A DNA stretch of 63,174 nucleotides, counting the filler, from Octopus bimaculoides (Eukaryota): the NCBI RefSeq assembly GCF_001194135.2. It is 4 parts of 3 records of this genome, joined end to end, with 100 filler letters (N's around TTAATTAATTAA, not from the genome) between each part and the next. Parts side by side here need not be neighbours in the genome. Positions count along the whole stretch, not along the records: positions 13,115 to 35,339 come from NC_068986.1; positions 35,440 to 59,420 come from NC_068989.1; 2 more parts are not named here. One strand, given 5' to 3'. Below the pieces are notes generated by a model, which worked only from the letters and a program-made list of their open reading frames with translations, was not told where the DNA came from and searched no databases. Within the stretch, counting starts at the first letter, position 1. Each line of letters starts with the position of its first letter. This document shows, piece after piece, positions 23,690-36,636 of this stretch. The position numbers and the translations under genes were made by a program.

Positions 23690-24125
23690 CCTTCTTTATA
23701 GCAAGACACCTGTTTCTGCTTCTCTGTCTCTCTGTCACACTCAAACCTGTCATCATCTGACACAAGATTATCTCCTGCAATGACTCCTCCTCTCTCTAAA
23801 ATTCCTTGTCTTGCAAGTTACTTGGTGACCCTGCCAGTTCTGGTGCCACATAAAAAAGCATTGAGTTCACATTGTGAAGTGGTTGGCATTTGGAAGAGTA
23901 TCCAGTTGTAAAAACCATGCCAAAACTGACCTTGCCTGTACTGGTGCTACATAAAAAGCACTCAGCCCAATCTGCAGAGTGGTTGGTGATAGAGAGGCAT
24001 CCAGCCGTGAAAACCATGCCAAAACCGACACAATGGTCAGGTATAGCCTTCTACCTGGCTGGTTCGTGTCAAACCATGCAACACATGCCAGCATGGAAGG
24101 CAAACGTTAAACAATGATGATGATG
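23690..24125 (+). mobile_element. RTE-tail-type non-autonomous repeat ending in (GAT)n; related copies ~25620-25800, 40880-41005, 53790-54095
   Basis: Shared gcaagacacctgtttctg...cttgtcttgcaa(g/a)ttacttggtgaccctg...gtggttggcatt(t/a)ggaag(g/a)g(c/t)atcc...(a/g)cgttaaa(c/t)(g/a)atgatgatg. Confidence 0.7.
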
Positions 24126-24737
24126 ATGATGATACTTACCTGTATAAGGTAGTATAACCATGGACCCTTCTATACAACTCTGCCACATCATTTTTCTACC
24201 TCTGATACTAATCCCTATCCTTTCCTGTGTTCTTTTCTTTTTCTGCAACTGCATTAATGCTGTTACTCTGTTACTTTCTGCACTATAATCCTTTGCAACT
24301 ATAAACCTTTTTCTCTTATCTTACTTACCCTTAGACTTTGTACGATTTGAACCCATCTTTATTAGTGCAGGTGCCATGAAAAAATGCATCCAATACACTC
24401 TGTAAAGTGGTTGGCACCAGAGAAGAGCATCACCAAAGAAATCTTACCAAACTAGGTACTGGAGCATCATGTAGTCCTCTACCTCATCAGATTTTGTTGA
24501 ACTATTGAACACAAGTCAGCTTGAAAACCAGGTGCTAAATGATGATGATGTCATATATGCATATCTAACAATGTACTAAAGACATACACTTTTATGCTCA
24601 CACACAGGCACATATTCACATGCATGCACATTTACAACACACACATGCACATACTTATACATTTACATGCATAGACATAGATACACAAATTCTGTTTCTC
24701 TTCTTAACTGAGTAATTCCAGACAAGACAGTGATGTA

Positions 24738-24775
<38 letters not shown>

Positions 24776-25142
24776 AAAGCAATGTAGATGCAAATCAGTT
24801 GGTGAGGTTGATTTTGTGTGATTAATGATTTCCTGAGAATTTCCAAGACTCTATTGTAAAGGAGGAGGAAATAAGCACCGGAAGAAATGTGTTTCAGAAT
24901 GAGTATATATTATTATTATTGAAAGTTTCTCTATGTTTTTGTTATAATATGAGTTATTGGTAGAGAAGTGAAGGGGAAGTTATAGGTATTGCAGTTAACA
25001 GTTGCCAAGTGTTGATAGTTTTAGTAAGTCTAGGAGAAAATACAGCTTCAAAGTAACAATGATGGGTGGGCAGTGAGTTGTTAGAAGACATAATAGTGTT
25101 CAGTTCTCAATCAAACTCCTATTGAAGTTGGTTTTGTATTCA

Positions 25143-25535
25143 TAGGTGCAGGAGTGGCTGTGTGGTAAGAAGTCTGGCAGAAATGGTAGCATGCCGGGCG
25201 AAATGCTTAGCGGTATTTCGTCTTTCTTTACGTTCTGTGTTCAAATTCCGCCGAGGTTGACTTTGCCTTTCATCCTTTCGGGGTCGATAAACTGAGTACT
25301 AGTTACGTACTGGGGTCGATGTAATCGACTTAATCCTTTTGGCTGTCTTTGTTTGTCCCCTCTATGTTTAGCCCCTTGTGGGCAATAACGAAATAAGAAG
25401 TGTGCTTCCCAACCATATGGTTCTGGGTTCAGCCTCACTGCATGGTACTTTGGGCAAATGTCTTCTACGACAGTCTTGGGCCGACTAAAACCTTGTGGTA
25501 CAGTTTGCTAGATGGAGACTGAAAAAAGCCCATCA
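25143..25535 (+). mobile_element. Nested SINEs: family A (25174-25400) inserted in the head of family B, with 8-bp TSD TAAGAAGT
   Basis: B head taggtgcaggagtggctgtgtggtaagaagt, then the full A copy, then aataagaagt, then B resumes gtgcttcccaaccatatgg. TSD at 25166-25173 and 25394-25401. Confidence 0.88.
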
Positions 25536-26438
25536 AAACTGAGATCCTAAAACCAAGGTGCCATTTAAACAGCATTGGTGTAGGTTGTGGTTCCACATAA
25601 AAAGTACTGGTGATGTTGCCTCTTAAAAAGTAAAGTACACTCAATGGAGTGGTTGGCATTAGGAAGAGCATCCAGTAGTAGAAATCAAACCAAAACAGAC
25701 AATTGAATCTGGTGTGGTGTTCCTGACCTTGCGAGTTCCTGTCAAGCCATCCAACCCTGCCAGCTTGGAAAATGGGTATTAAATGTTGATGGTAATGATG
25801 ATGATGATGATGATGATTTGTGTGTGTCTTTGTGTCCACGTTTGTCCCTTGCCACAGCTTGAGAACTAGTGTTGGTGTCCTCATAACTTAGAGGTTCAAC
25901 AAAAGAGACTGAAAGAATTAGTACCAGGCTTTATATAAAAATATAATACTGGGGTTGATTCATTTGACTAAAATTCCTTATGGTGGTGCCCCAGCATGGC
26001 CACAGTCTAATAACTAAAACAAAAAACAAATAAAAGATTTCTCAGACATCAACAAAGTAGGTATGAGTAATATATTGGGGGTTAGTTCCTGTCATTAGGC
26101 TGCTTTCTACAAAACCTGTCATTTAGTATTACAGTTGTTTCAATCTGAAAGAGTTGTCAGTTACTTTTGTCTTTTACTTGCTTCAATCATGGAACTGCAG
26201 CCCTTCAGGGGTTCTGCCTTGAAGGGTTCTATGTCAAACATAAACAAACATGAACAAACCAACACCAGTTGACAAACAATGGTAGGAGACAAACATAATA
26301 ACACACATATATACACACATAGATATATTCATTCATATTAGAGAGAGAGAGAGAGAGAGAGAGAGAGCGGGAGGGAGAGAGAGAGGGAGAGATAGAGTGA
26401 GATAGAGGGAGTGAGAGATAGAGTGGGATTGAGAGAGA

Positions 26439-26497
<59 letters not shown>

Positions 26498-28408
26498 GTA
26501 TACACATATCAGGAAAGGAAAAATATGTATAAATATTTAACTTGTATAAATACCTTTATGAATATAGATACTCCTTTTGATATTTTATCAAACTTTTCAC
26601 TACACAGCCACGCCTGTGAATAACTGAAAGAAAATCTATGAAATGGATTCTGTGGTTTGCTTGAAACTTTTACTCAAGATTTTTGTGTTGGACTTTGATA
26701 AGTGTTAATGGTTTTGGATTCTGATTGTGAAATTTATTCTTACCAATAAAACTTCTTTCTTATCAAATTTTATTGTAATTTATTTAAGAACAGTGACAGG
26801 TGTATAACCTTCTGCTTAGAAAGGTTTACACAATGGAACATTCCAAAAGATATTATGTATTGTTCCAGGAGAATGCTGCATTGTTTAAATATGTATTTGA
26901 GCACAGATGCATGTAATTAGGAAATATATTACACTTATGATTCCATGTATAGATATAGATATTAAAAATGTTCCTTGTGTATTAAACCTGAACTTTAAAT
27001 GTTGTTATTTCAAAGATCAGATTGATGTTTCACACGACTATTTAACTCACGTTATAAAAGTTTATAGATACATATACACAGTAGTATATATATATATATA
27101 AAAACCTACTTTATTCCTATTTGCGAATACAATCTTGTCATTTATTTCTTCTCCTTATTTCCTGTTCCTTTTGCCATAAGAACATCAACTGGAATATAAG
27201 AACTTTTCAATGTTTTCACGTGTTCTTGGAGGATATTTTATGGCTGTATGTGCTTCATGGAACCAACCATTCTTCAATTGGTTATGTGACTTGACTTGAA
27301 ACAATGAATTAAGTCAACTCTGGCAGATCACCTATAGATACAATCAGTGAAGCCTTGCCTGTAGGTATCGGTAGGTAATAACATCCTGTATATTATAGCA
27401 CATCTTTTACTAGAAAATATATTTCAGGGTATATATGCATTTGCACGCATATGTTTTCAGTTCTGTAGAAGATTTGAGACTATTGAATGTAGTTAAAAAC
27501 AAAACGTAACAAAACTAATAAAAAACAATGGAATTTTATCTATAACATTTATTAGAAAGTAATTTTGCTGCTTGGATTGAGAAAAAAAAAGATAACTATG
27601 AAGTGGAGTGTAAAGGATGTGGTTGAGATGGTTTGAGAGAGAAAATATTATCTTACTATAGAAGTTTAAAGTGAATTATGCTATGAAATTCTTACTTTCT
27701 CTTGATTTTCTGTAATTCAGACTGCCTTATGGTCCCAGTAGACAAAATGCAAAAGGCATTAGCCTGGAGGATGGCAAGAGGGATGTGCTGGAACAGCCAC
27801 TCTGACTCATGGGGCTTGTATTTGCAGATAACCATCTCTGCTTTGATAGTGATGAGCAGGGACATGGTGTGGAGGTCGAAAATGCTAGAGGTGTCCACTA
27901 CCACAAACTCACTGACCTGAGTTGGGAAGGGAAACCTGTGACATCCAGGTCAAACTTTATGATTTTGTTGATGGTGGTATGGCGTGGGAAGTGGCTAATG
28001 CTATAATGCATGACAATGAGTGAAGGCTGAAATAATCCACACTAGACCTGCAGTGACATTTATTAGAATAATTTGCAAAGGAGAGACAAAAAGTGGTTGA
28101 TGCACTTAGCACTAATAAGATCATAATTTTGATTCCTAGTCCAAGTGGTGTGTTGTATTCTTGAGCAAGATACTTCATTTCATGTTGTTCTGAGTTCCAG
28201 TAATGACTGAGAATCTAATTCTTCAATGGATTGGCATTGTATTCAGAGGGTAATATTGTAAGCTCAGTCACTTATATACCAAGGAAACCACGTTAATCTC
28301 TGACCTTTATGAGTCCCAGGATTCATGATAAACCTCAGGGACCTGTTAGAAATAGGAATGAAATCTCACTTAAGTCACAACTTTTAAAAAAGGAAGGAGA
28401 CTTTAGAT

Positions 28409-28642
28409 CAGTGGTTCTTAACCATTTTTAATCTATGGACACCTTTGATTCTGATTTTATTCAACTGGACATCCATAGTCATTCACTGTATATAAAAAAA
28501 TATCTTTCTTTATTTTTATTTTTGAACATTATTAGGAATTGTATAAAAAAAAAATTTTGTGTATTGTAAAAGTATAACTGATTTTTTTACACATAGATTT
28601 TAACAATAAAATCTTATATGGACCTGCTGTTGAGAACCACTG
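28409..28642. mobile_element. hAT (Charlie-type) MITE with perfect 8-bp TSD CTTTAGAT
   Basis: TIRs cagtggttcttaac / gttgagaaccactg; ctttagat at 28401-28408 and 28643-28650. Confidence 0.9.
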
Positions 28643-30232
28643 CTTTAGATGATGTTGTTAAAGGTGATGGTGGTATTGGTAAGGATAATTTTTGGTGTGG
28701 TTGTGTTGTTGTTGGTGGTGGTAGTGATGTTGGTGCAGTTATCTTTTATCTTTTACTTGTCTGTCCAACCCGTGCTAGCATGGAAAGCGGACGTTAAACA
28801 ATGATGATCATGATGATGGTGATGATTGTTTCAGTCATTTGACTGCAGCCATGCTTGAAGAATTTTTAGTCAAATTGACCCCAGAACTTATTTTTTAAAG
28901 CTTGATACTTATTCTATCCATCATTTTTGCTGAACTGCTAAGTTAGAAGCGGCATAAATATTCCAACACTAGTTGTCAAGTGGTAGTGGGGGACAAACAT
29001 GCACACACACACGTGCACACAGTGGGCATCTTTTAGTGTCCATCTACCAAATCTACTCAGGAAGTTTTGGTTGGCCTGAGGCTATAATAGAAGATACTTA
29101 CTCAAAGTGCCATGCAGTGGGGCTGAACCCAGAACCATGTGTTTGAGAAGCACACTTCTTACCACACAGCTATTTGTTAAAAAAATGAAATACAATTATC
29201 TCATCATGGACATTTTTGGCCTGTCTTGTATTGAATAATTTCTTGTCTCAAGTTATAATGTTTGGGAAAATTCCAATGGAAACGGTCAGCAGTGAGGCTA
29301 TTTCTGTGACATGTTCATTTACATACTGATTAAAGACAATTTCAATCAAATATTTTTATAATGTCTAAAAACAAATAAAACAATGTTTCCCCCCCCTCCC
29401 ACTGCCCACTCACTCTAAAAAAGTGATTAAATTTTGAATGAATTCCATTCCCAAGGAGAAAAAAATAGCAAATAGAAAACATCAACAATAATAGTGAAAC
29501 AGAAGTAAATTCAGAATACCAAAGTACCTCAGAAACTCTGTCTTTCAGCAGTTAAATAAACAGAAATAAACAGGAGAAAAACAAGAAGAAAAAAAAAAAC
29601 ACAAACAAAATTGAGAAAATACAAAAAAAAATCTCAACTTTTTTTTCTTTTCTTGTTTTGGTTTTCTGTGAATTTTTTTTTCTCTTTTTAAGCGTAACAG
29701 ATTAATTTAGATGATGATGAGTTTTTACTGATAATGAAACATTAATTTACATCATTAGGATTTCAAAATAATAATGCATGTGTGTGTGCATGTGTGTATG
29801 CGCATGCGTGTGTGTGTATGTGTGTTTGTACTGTTTGATATATATGATGATGAAGTGTATATAGATATATATATGTGTGTGTGTGTGTGTGTGTTTATGT
29901 ATATGTATGTATATACTGTGAATGGACTTAGTGAAATAAACATGACTAAATGCAATTTCCTATTCCAATTAAACAGCAACTGTAATTGATTGGTTGGTGT
30001 GGCCATGAGTAATGTTAAAAAAGAAAAATTGAATTGATTCAATAAAGACTTCATTATTTATTCTCAATGATGTTTATGTTTAAATAGAAAAAAAAATAAC
30101 ATAAGCCGTAAACCATAGTAGAGTAAGTAAGATTTTGTGCAATATTTCTCATCATCTTGGCCAGTTTTTCAAGCTGAGTGGATGTAAACTCTGATTGACT
30201 TTTTTCTCTTTTTCTTCTCTTTTTCTCTGCCC

Positions 30233-30256
30233 CTGACGAAGGATTAAATCCGAAAC
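30233..30256 (+). ncRNA. Degenerate Penelope-type minimal hammerhead ribozyme core
   Basis: CTGACGA-A-GGAT-taa-ATCC-GAAAC gives both catalytic-core boxes and stem II. Stems I and III and the cleavage triplet do not pair convincingly. Confidence 0.5.
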
Positions 30257-30770
30257 ATTGGATATTCCACTCCTCACGGCAAGTTCCCTGTACCCCTTTC
30301 ACTCTTTTCTATATATAGGCACAAGCATGTCTCTCTGCTTACAAAGCTTGCCTTGAAGCCAGGTGGTTTTTGGATTCAGTCTCACAGTGCGGACTTTGAG
30401 CTAGAGTCTTGTATTACTGTAGCCTGGAATGACCAATGCCTTATGAGTGAATTTGGTTGACTGAAAGAAGCCATATCATGCATATGAAGCTGCATGGTTT
30501 AGTGGGTAAGGATTCATCCCACAATCATAAGGCCATGAGTTTGATTCCTGGTAGTGTGTTGTGTCCTTCAGCTGGGAAAAATGAGTTGAACATGTATTTC
30601 AAAGGACTGGCCTTGTCACAGTCTGTGTCTTACTGAATTTCCTTGAGAACTACATTAAGGGTAAGCATGTTTGTCAAGTACTCAACCACTTGTACATTAT
30701 TAATTTCATGAGCAGACTGTGCTGTAGACCAAATCTACTGGAACATTCATTGTAACTGATGGAGTGCCAG

Positions 30771-30811
<41 letters not shown>

Positions 30812-30969
30812 CATATATGAGTGTATATATGTGTGTATGTAGGTGTAAGTATGTGTATATATATATGTATGTGCTTGTAGATATGATATACATATGTACA
30901 TTATAAAAGAATATATTGTATATCATATATATATATTATAATATGTATATATTTTATATATAATATATA

Positions 30970-32231
30970 CAGGGTGTGTAAGACATTTGAGTACATATCT
31001 TTTTTGGGTCATAGCTGCATTTTTTGCTTACTCTGTATAATCTTTGTTTCAGAAAATAATAATGGCAGACCCTCAGCTTACTCAAGAAATGAAGAGGCAT
31101 GCTATTATTGTGGTTATAAAGATTGAGTATAGCGATTTAGAAATATCAATTTTTAAAAGCTGCCAGATCTTTCGTCTACAAAGTTTATATGGAGCTAGAG
31201 ACTGAAGATGGAAATGTATCACTAGTATCAAGGCATAAAAAGCATTCTAAATGCTCTTAAATCATTAGAACACCTGAATTTATCCAACAAGTTTAACAGA
31301 CCATTGATTATAATCCCAGAAAATCCATGAGGTCAATTGCAAAAGATCTCCATGTGTCAGAAGGAACAGTCAGAAATGTTGTCCACAAAGACATCAGATA
31401 TAAGTCATACATGATGAGGAAAGATCAGTTTGTCGGAAAAAAGCAATAGAAAGTCACTACATCAGATCTAAAAGGCTCTTAAACAAACTGAAAAATCCAG
31501 CAGAACAAGATTTGATTTGGGTTTTCTCGCATGAGAAAAACTTCAACCAAAATTAAAAGTTAACAGAAGAAATGACAGATGGTTATGAGCATACCCTTCT
31601 GAAGTTCCAAGTGTTATGCATACAAAATTTCCTGCAAATATCATGATTTTATGGGTTGTCAGCAATGAAGGACATGTGATGCCTCCTTACTTCTTTCCTC
31701 AAGGCCTTAGAGTTAACTCTGCCACCTACATTGAGGTCCTGGAAATAATTGTTAAGCTCTGGATAAACAGTGTATGCAATGGAAGGCTATAATTGTTTCA
31801 GTAAGACTCTGCACTATGACACATGGCTCTAGTAATACAGGAATAGATGGCTGAAAATGTTTATGATCACATAACCCATAACATTTGGTCTCTTAAATCC
31901 CCAGATCTCAATCCATTGGACTATTACATGTGGAACATTGTTGAGAGAGAGGTCAATGAACATGCCCATAACACCAAAGATTCTTTGAAAGCTGCCATGG
32001 TCAGAGTAATGTCCAAAATGAACCAGGACCATTTGATTCAAGCATGTAGATGATTTAGATCTCATATAGAAGCAGTTGTTGAAGCTGAAGGTGGCTTTAT
32101 TGAATAACATTATAGAAAAGAAGGTTTATTTTCATCCTCATAGCATTTTTTGATAAATAAAGTTATTATGTTATTACATATCTCTTTTTTTTATAAACAT
32201 AAATCTGTTCTCAAATATCTTATGCACTCTG
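30970..32231 (+). mobile_element. Full-length (1262 bp) Tc1/mariner DD37D (maT-like) transposon, pseudogenised
   Basis: TA-flanked TIRs cagggtgtgtaagacatttgagtaca / tgttctcaaatatcttatgcactctg. Remnant motifs KFPANIMILWVVSNEGHVMPPYFFPQGLRVN and NIWSLKSPDLNPLDYYMWNIVE. Many stops. Confidence 0.92.
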
Positions 32232-32326
32232 TATATGTATATGTGTGTATATATGAGGACATATGTATATATGTGTTTGTGTGTATATATATATGTATTA
32301 TATATGATATACATATGTATAACATA

Positions 32327-32378
<52 letters not shown>

Positions 32379-32391
32379 CGTCCGTCCGTCC

Positions 32392-32427
<36 letters not shown>

Positions 32428-32785
32428 TTTGTTGTTTCTTGGAAGAGTCAAGACATCAACAAGAATAACACAAGCACTGGTTCAATTCTATTCCTTTATT
32501 ATTAGTCAATTATCTATCCAACTAATTGATCATTTGTCTAACATGCTGGTTAAACAATCAATCTTTTTTTTTATTCATCAAGGTTATTTCATTGCCATTT
32601 GCAACCTTTTCAGTGACTTCTCTCCCAGTTTATTACAACTAATAATAAAAGAATAGAATGGAGCCAGCGCATGTGTTATTAATATTGCCATAAATAATCT
32701 CCCTAGACACAACAAAATTTGTATCAACACACAAATTAACATAAAGAATCTTGTAAACCAAATACAAAAATGAAGTAATATATAC

Positions 32786-34000
32786 TGTTACGAACGCCCG
32801 CACGCGAAGCACCTCGACGAAGAGAAAACTCGCGCGCGTGCGAACGTCGACGCTCAGTGAGTCGGGATGTTCGCCACGACTAAGCCCAGCCGGAGCACGT
32901 AACGATGACAACAGGCAAAAGGAGGAAGAAATAACACAGACCATACGTTGCGTAGTGAAACTAACTTTTTTTTCTTTACATCACAATACAAAACATTGCA
33001 TAACAATTCAATAACACATGTAACAACAGTCTCCAAGCATTTATCATAATCAAAAGGTTACAATCAAAGTTCGTATATCAAGTCAATTAAAAGTTCTTTT
33101 ACTTCTTTGTTTTTCTACTTCTTTGAACAACATGTAACAACAAAGTTCTCTCTTCTTTTCAACCATTTAACAAGAGTTAGCAAAGTTCTTTCTTTTCTTT
33201 TCTATGAACAACATGTAATGACAAAGTTCTCTCTTTTCTTTTCAACCATTAACAAGAGTTAGCAAATTTCTTTCTTTTCTTTTCAACCAGTTAATATCAC
33301 AATTAACAAAATCTCTTTTTCTTTTAAAACATGTAACAACAAAGTACATTTTTCTTTAAAGAAATGCAAACAAACCTTCACCGCAAGAATTTCCTTTCCT
33401 TCAAATATCCCACTACAATCACAAGAAGTGACCAACTACAATCTTTTGCCTGCCACAACAGTTCCATTTCTCTGTCCCTCTCTCTCTCAGACTCTATTCA
33501 TTTCTGCTGACTGGTACCTTCTGACCATAGCCTCTCTCTTTTAGTCTCTTTCTGTCAGACTTATCACCGACCGCTCTGTCCATCTTCACTGCTCTACTGG
33601 CTGCTGGCCTTCACACCGGCTCGCGTTCTTCATTCAACTGCTGTACACCATCTTCACTGGCTGACTGCTGGTACATCGACTGCTCTGCCCATCTGGCTGC
33701 TGTGTTTACATCAAACCGCACTCACACCAACTGCTGTATGCCAACCGCCTGATACCAACTATCCTACCGTATTTATGACAAATACCGTAGCTCAACAGTG
33801 CTACTTTACCCCCTCCAAAGCTGGGTCAGTTTAGTACAATTCCTAACTTGTTTTTCTAAACTTTCGGTGACCGGAAAGGGTCACCGATCACACACCTACG
33901 CTATAAATAACTGTGCTTGTTGACAGGACAAAAGAAATACCATTGTCCCCAACAACCAGAATACGGTTTCAAACCCAGGTCGGGGAATAGGGACATAACG
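32786..34000 (-). mobile_element. Probable solo LTR (~1.2 kb, CpG-rich)
   Basis: Ends tgttacg... and ...gacataacg give near TG..CA termini with a short GTTA inverted repeat. A CATAAATA TATA-like box lies on the minus strand near 33770, there are internal degenerate tandem repeats at 33100-33350, and composition changes sharply at both edges. No TSD found. Confidence 0.5.
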
Positions 34001-35059
34001 TTATTTTGTTTTTCGGCAGTCCGTATCAATACTTTCTCTCATTCTTCATATAGGGTCCCCTAAAGCTGAAATTCTTGTGAATATGTTGATACTAGAGTTT
34101 TTTTTGCTAAATAGACAACCAAGGGGATTAGTAACCTAGTTAATATGTCAAAGATTTTTATTTAATCAATTAGTGAATAGGTACCTATTTACTCTTATGT
34201 GATGAATAAGTCCAGTCTCCTATGAACTCCTTTATGATCACCACTGCTATCACCAGTGTTGTCATCATCATAATCACCACCATCACCACCATCTTATTGT
34301 CATCATCATCACCAACACCACTGCTTCTGCCACCACCAATGCTATCATGTCTGCTTCCCATGCAGGCATGGGTTGGATAGGTTGTCATGCTCCATATCAG
34401 TTCTTATTTCTCATTACTGCCTAGTTGGATGGTCATCTGTTCAAGACAGCAAGCTGTTTCTTTATTTCCTAAATATATCTGTCAAATAAATTTTTACAAC
34501 AACCACTGACATTGCCAATCATTTCAACATTCTGTCTGGTACATACCCAACCAGTTATCCAGTTCCTCATTTCACAGCTTTCTAACCCAGTCAATCCCTT
34601 CCTCCAGCCATCTGACTATCTGTCTACTCGTCTCTCTGTTTGTCTACCTTGTCACTCTAAAAACACTTGTCCCGTCCAATTTATGAAATTAAACAATACT
34701 AGAATCAACAAAATTTGGCTGATTCTGGATTAAACTTACATTTTGCGGCTGTGTGGTATGAAGTTTGCTTTCCAACTGTCTGGTTGGTTTGGTTCAGTTC
34801 CACTGTATGGCACTTTGGGCAAGTACCTTCTAGCCCCAGTCGGTCCAAAGTCTTCTAAGTGGATTGGTAGGCAGAAACTGAAAGAAGGTCATTGCATACA
34901 TACATACATACATGCATACATACATACATATACATGTATGTATGTCTATATATATATGTATGCAAATATATACATGTATGTATGTGTATATCAATATCTA
35001 TAAAACAGAGGATGTTTGTGTGTGTGTGTGTGTGTGTACGTGAATGTGGTTTATGCATG

Positions 35060-35241
35060 TCCACAAATTAGCACGCATGTCGCTCCAATTTTAGGAGAAG
35101 ATTCGGAATGACCCTATGTGCATTTTAGTGAACTTTCTCTCTCTCAGAGGTACCCGCGTATACCTGTAAAAATCGATAAACTTTTTCTAATTTTGAAGTT
35201 TGTTGACATGGCGAAGTCAAATCTGTGCGTACGCGCATGAA

Positions 35242-35277
<36 letters not shown>

Positions 35278-35339
35278 TGTATATTTGTGAGAGGGAGGGT
35301 GAAGGAGACACACATTTTATTTGCCAGCGTCTGTGTGGT
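35060..35339. promoter_or_regulatory. Candidate CpG-island-like promoter / first exon
   Basis: A local CpG cluster outside any recognised repeat (cccgcgta, atcgat, atggcg, tgcgtacgcgcatg). On the minus strand, cgccATG (35209) runs to CAG|GTATAC (35164) and encodes MSTNFKIRKSLSIFT-G. Confidence 0.35.
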
Positions 35340-35671
35340 NNNNNNNNNNNNNNNNNNNNNNNNNNNNNNNNNNNNNNNNNNNNTTAATTAATTAANNNNN
35401 NNNNNNNNNNNNNNNNNNNNNNNNNNNNNNNNNNNNNNNCGCCTTTATATATTTATATTTATATATTTGATCCTTTATATTGAACACTCAATATTTCATC
35501 TGCATTCAATACTTTCTTTCATGGTGCCATCCATTTTTATTTTATTTTATTTTATATTGTATATTGTATATTATATTATATATTGTATATTCCATATTCT
35601 ATACCCCACATTAGTTCTGCAGGAATATAAATAAAACATAAAAAACGGACAGTGTTGGAACTCTTTTAAAC

Positions 35672-35723
<52 letters not shown>

Positions 35724-36345
35724 ATATGTTTGTGTGTCTGTGGTTGTACCCACCAACATTGCTTGACAACCGATTTTGGTGTGTTTACGTCCCCGTAACC
35801 TAGCAGTTCATCAAAAGTGACCGATAGAATAAGTACTAGGCTTACAAGGAATAAGTCGTGGGGTCGATTTGCTCGACTAAAGGCGGTGCTCCCGCATGGC
35901 CGCAGTCAAATGACTGAAACAAGTAAAAGAGTAAGAGTATATGTTTGCATGCATGTGTGAGTTTGTATGTCCTTGCCTGCACATCACATGATTGTTTGAA
36001 ACAAGTGTCTCTGTCATACAGGTAGTGTCCTTCATCAGAGAAATATTACCTGACTTGGAAGTAGGAAAAGGTTGGCAATAGGAAGGGCATCTGGTCATAG
36101 AAAATTCTGACAGGTGTGGACCTATGTAAAAGTGGACATTCAAAGGATTATGATGAAATAGATATATGTATATGTATACATATCTCTCTCTACATATCTA
36201 TCTATCTATCTATCTTCTATAGATAGATGGATAGATATAGATAGAGACATAGGTTGATAGATATAAACATTTATATATCTTTTATAGCATCATCATTTTA
36301 TATATATATATATATTTCTACATACATATAAACATACATTCAAAC

Positions 36346-36399
<54 letters not shown>

Positions 36400-36404
<5 letters not shown>

Positions 36405-36600
36405 CCATGATTGATTGCTAGCCACTAAACCTTTTTTTTATTTTCTCTCTTTTTATTTCTGTGATCCTTTCTGTTGAAGAGCGTAAGCTTGAAACGTAAG
36501 AGTCTTTCTCACCTCCCGAGTGTTAGACTAATACATCCGTTTGTTGTTTACACACCTGACTTTGTCTTTTGTTTTGTTTGTTTTTTTGTAAATTCCAACT
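36400..36600 (+). mobile_element. Penelope-like terminal repeat (pLTR) containing a decayed hammerhead core (36467-36504)
   Basis: cttt-CTGTTGA-A-GAGC-gtaa-GCTT-GAAAC-GTA-agag matches the minimal HHR architecture with A6>U, a palindromic ACGU stem III and a 4-bp stem I. It is bounded by (TA)n tracts. Confidence 0.6.

Positions 36601-36636
<36 letters not shown>

Noticed and set aside
27721-27950. Plus-strand exon with an in-frame TGA (…DVLEQPL*LMGLVFADNH…) as a selenoprotein
   Set aside because: No match to any selenoprotein Sec motif I know. The minus strand looks like a decayed CR1/L2 endonuclease end (PLxxSDH-like followed by WLFQH), so the plus frame is probably an antisense shadow. BLAST would settle it.
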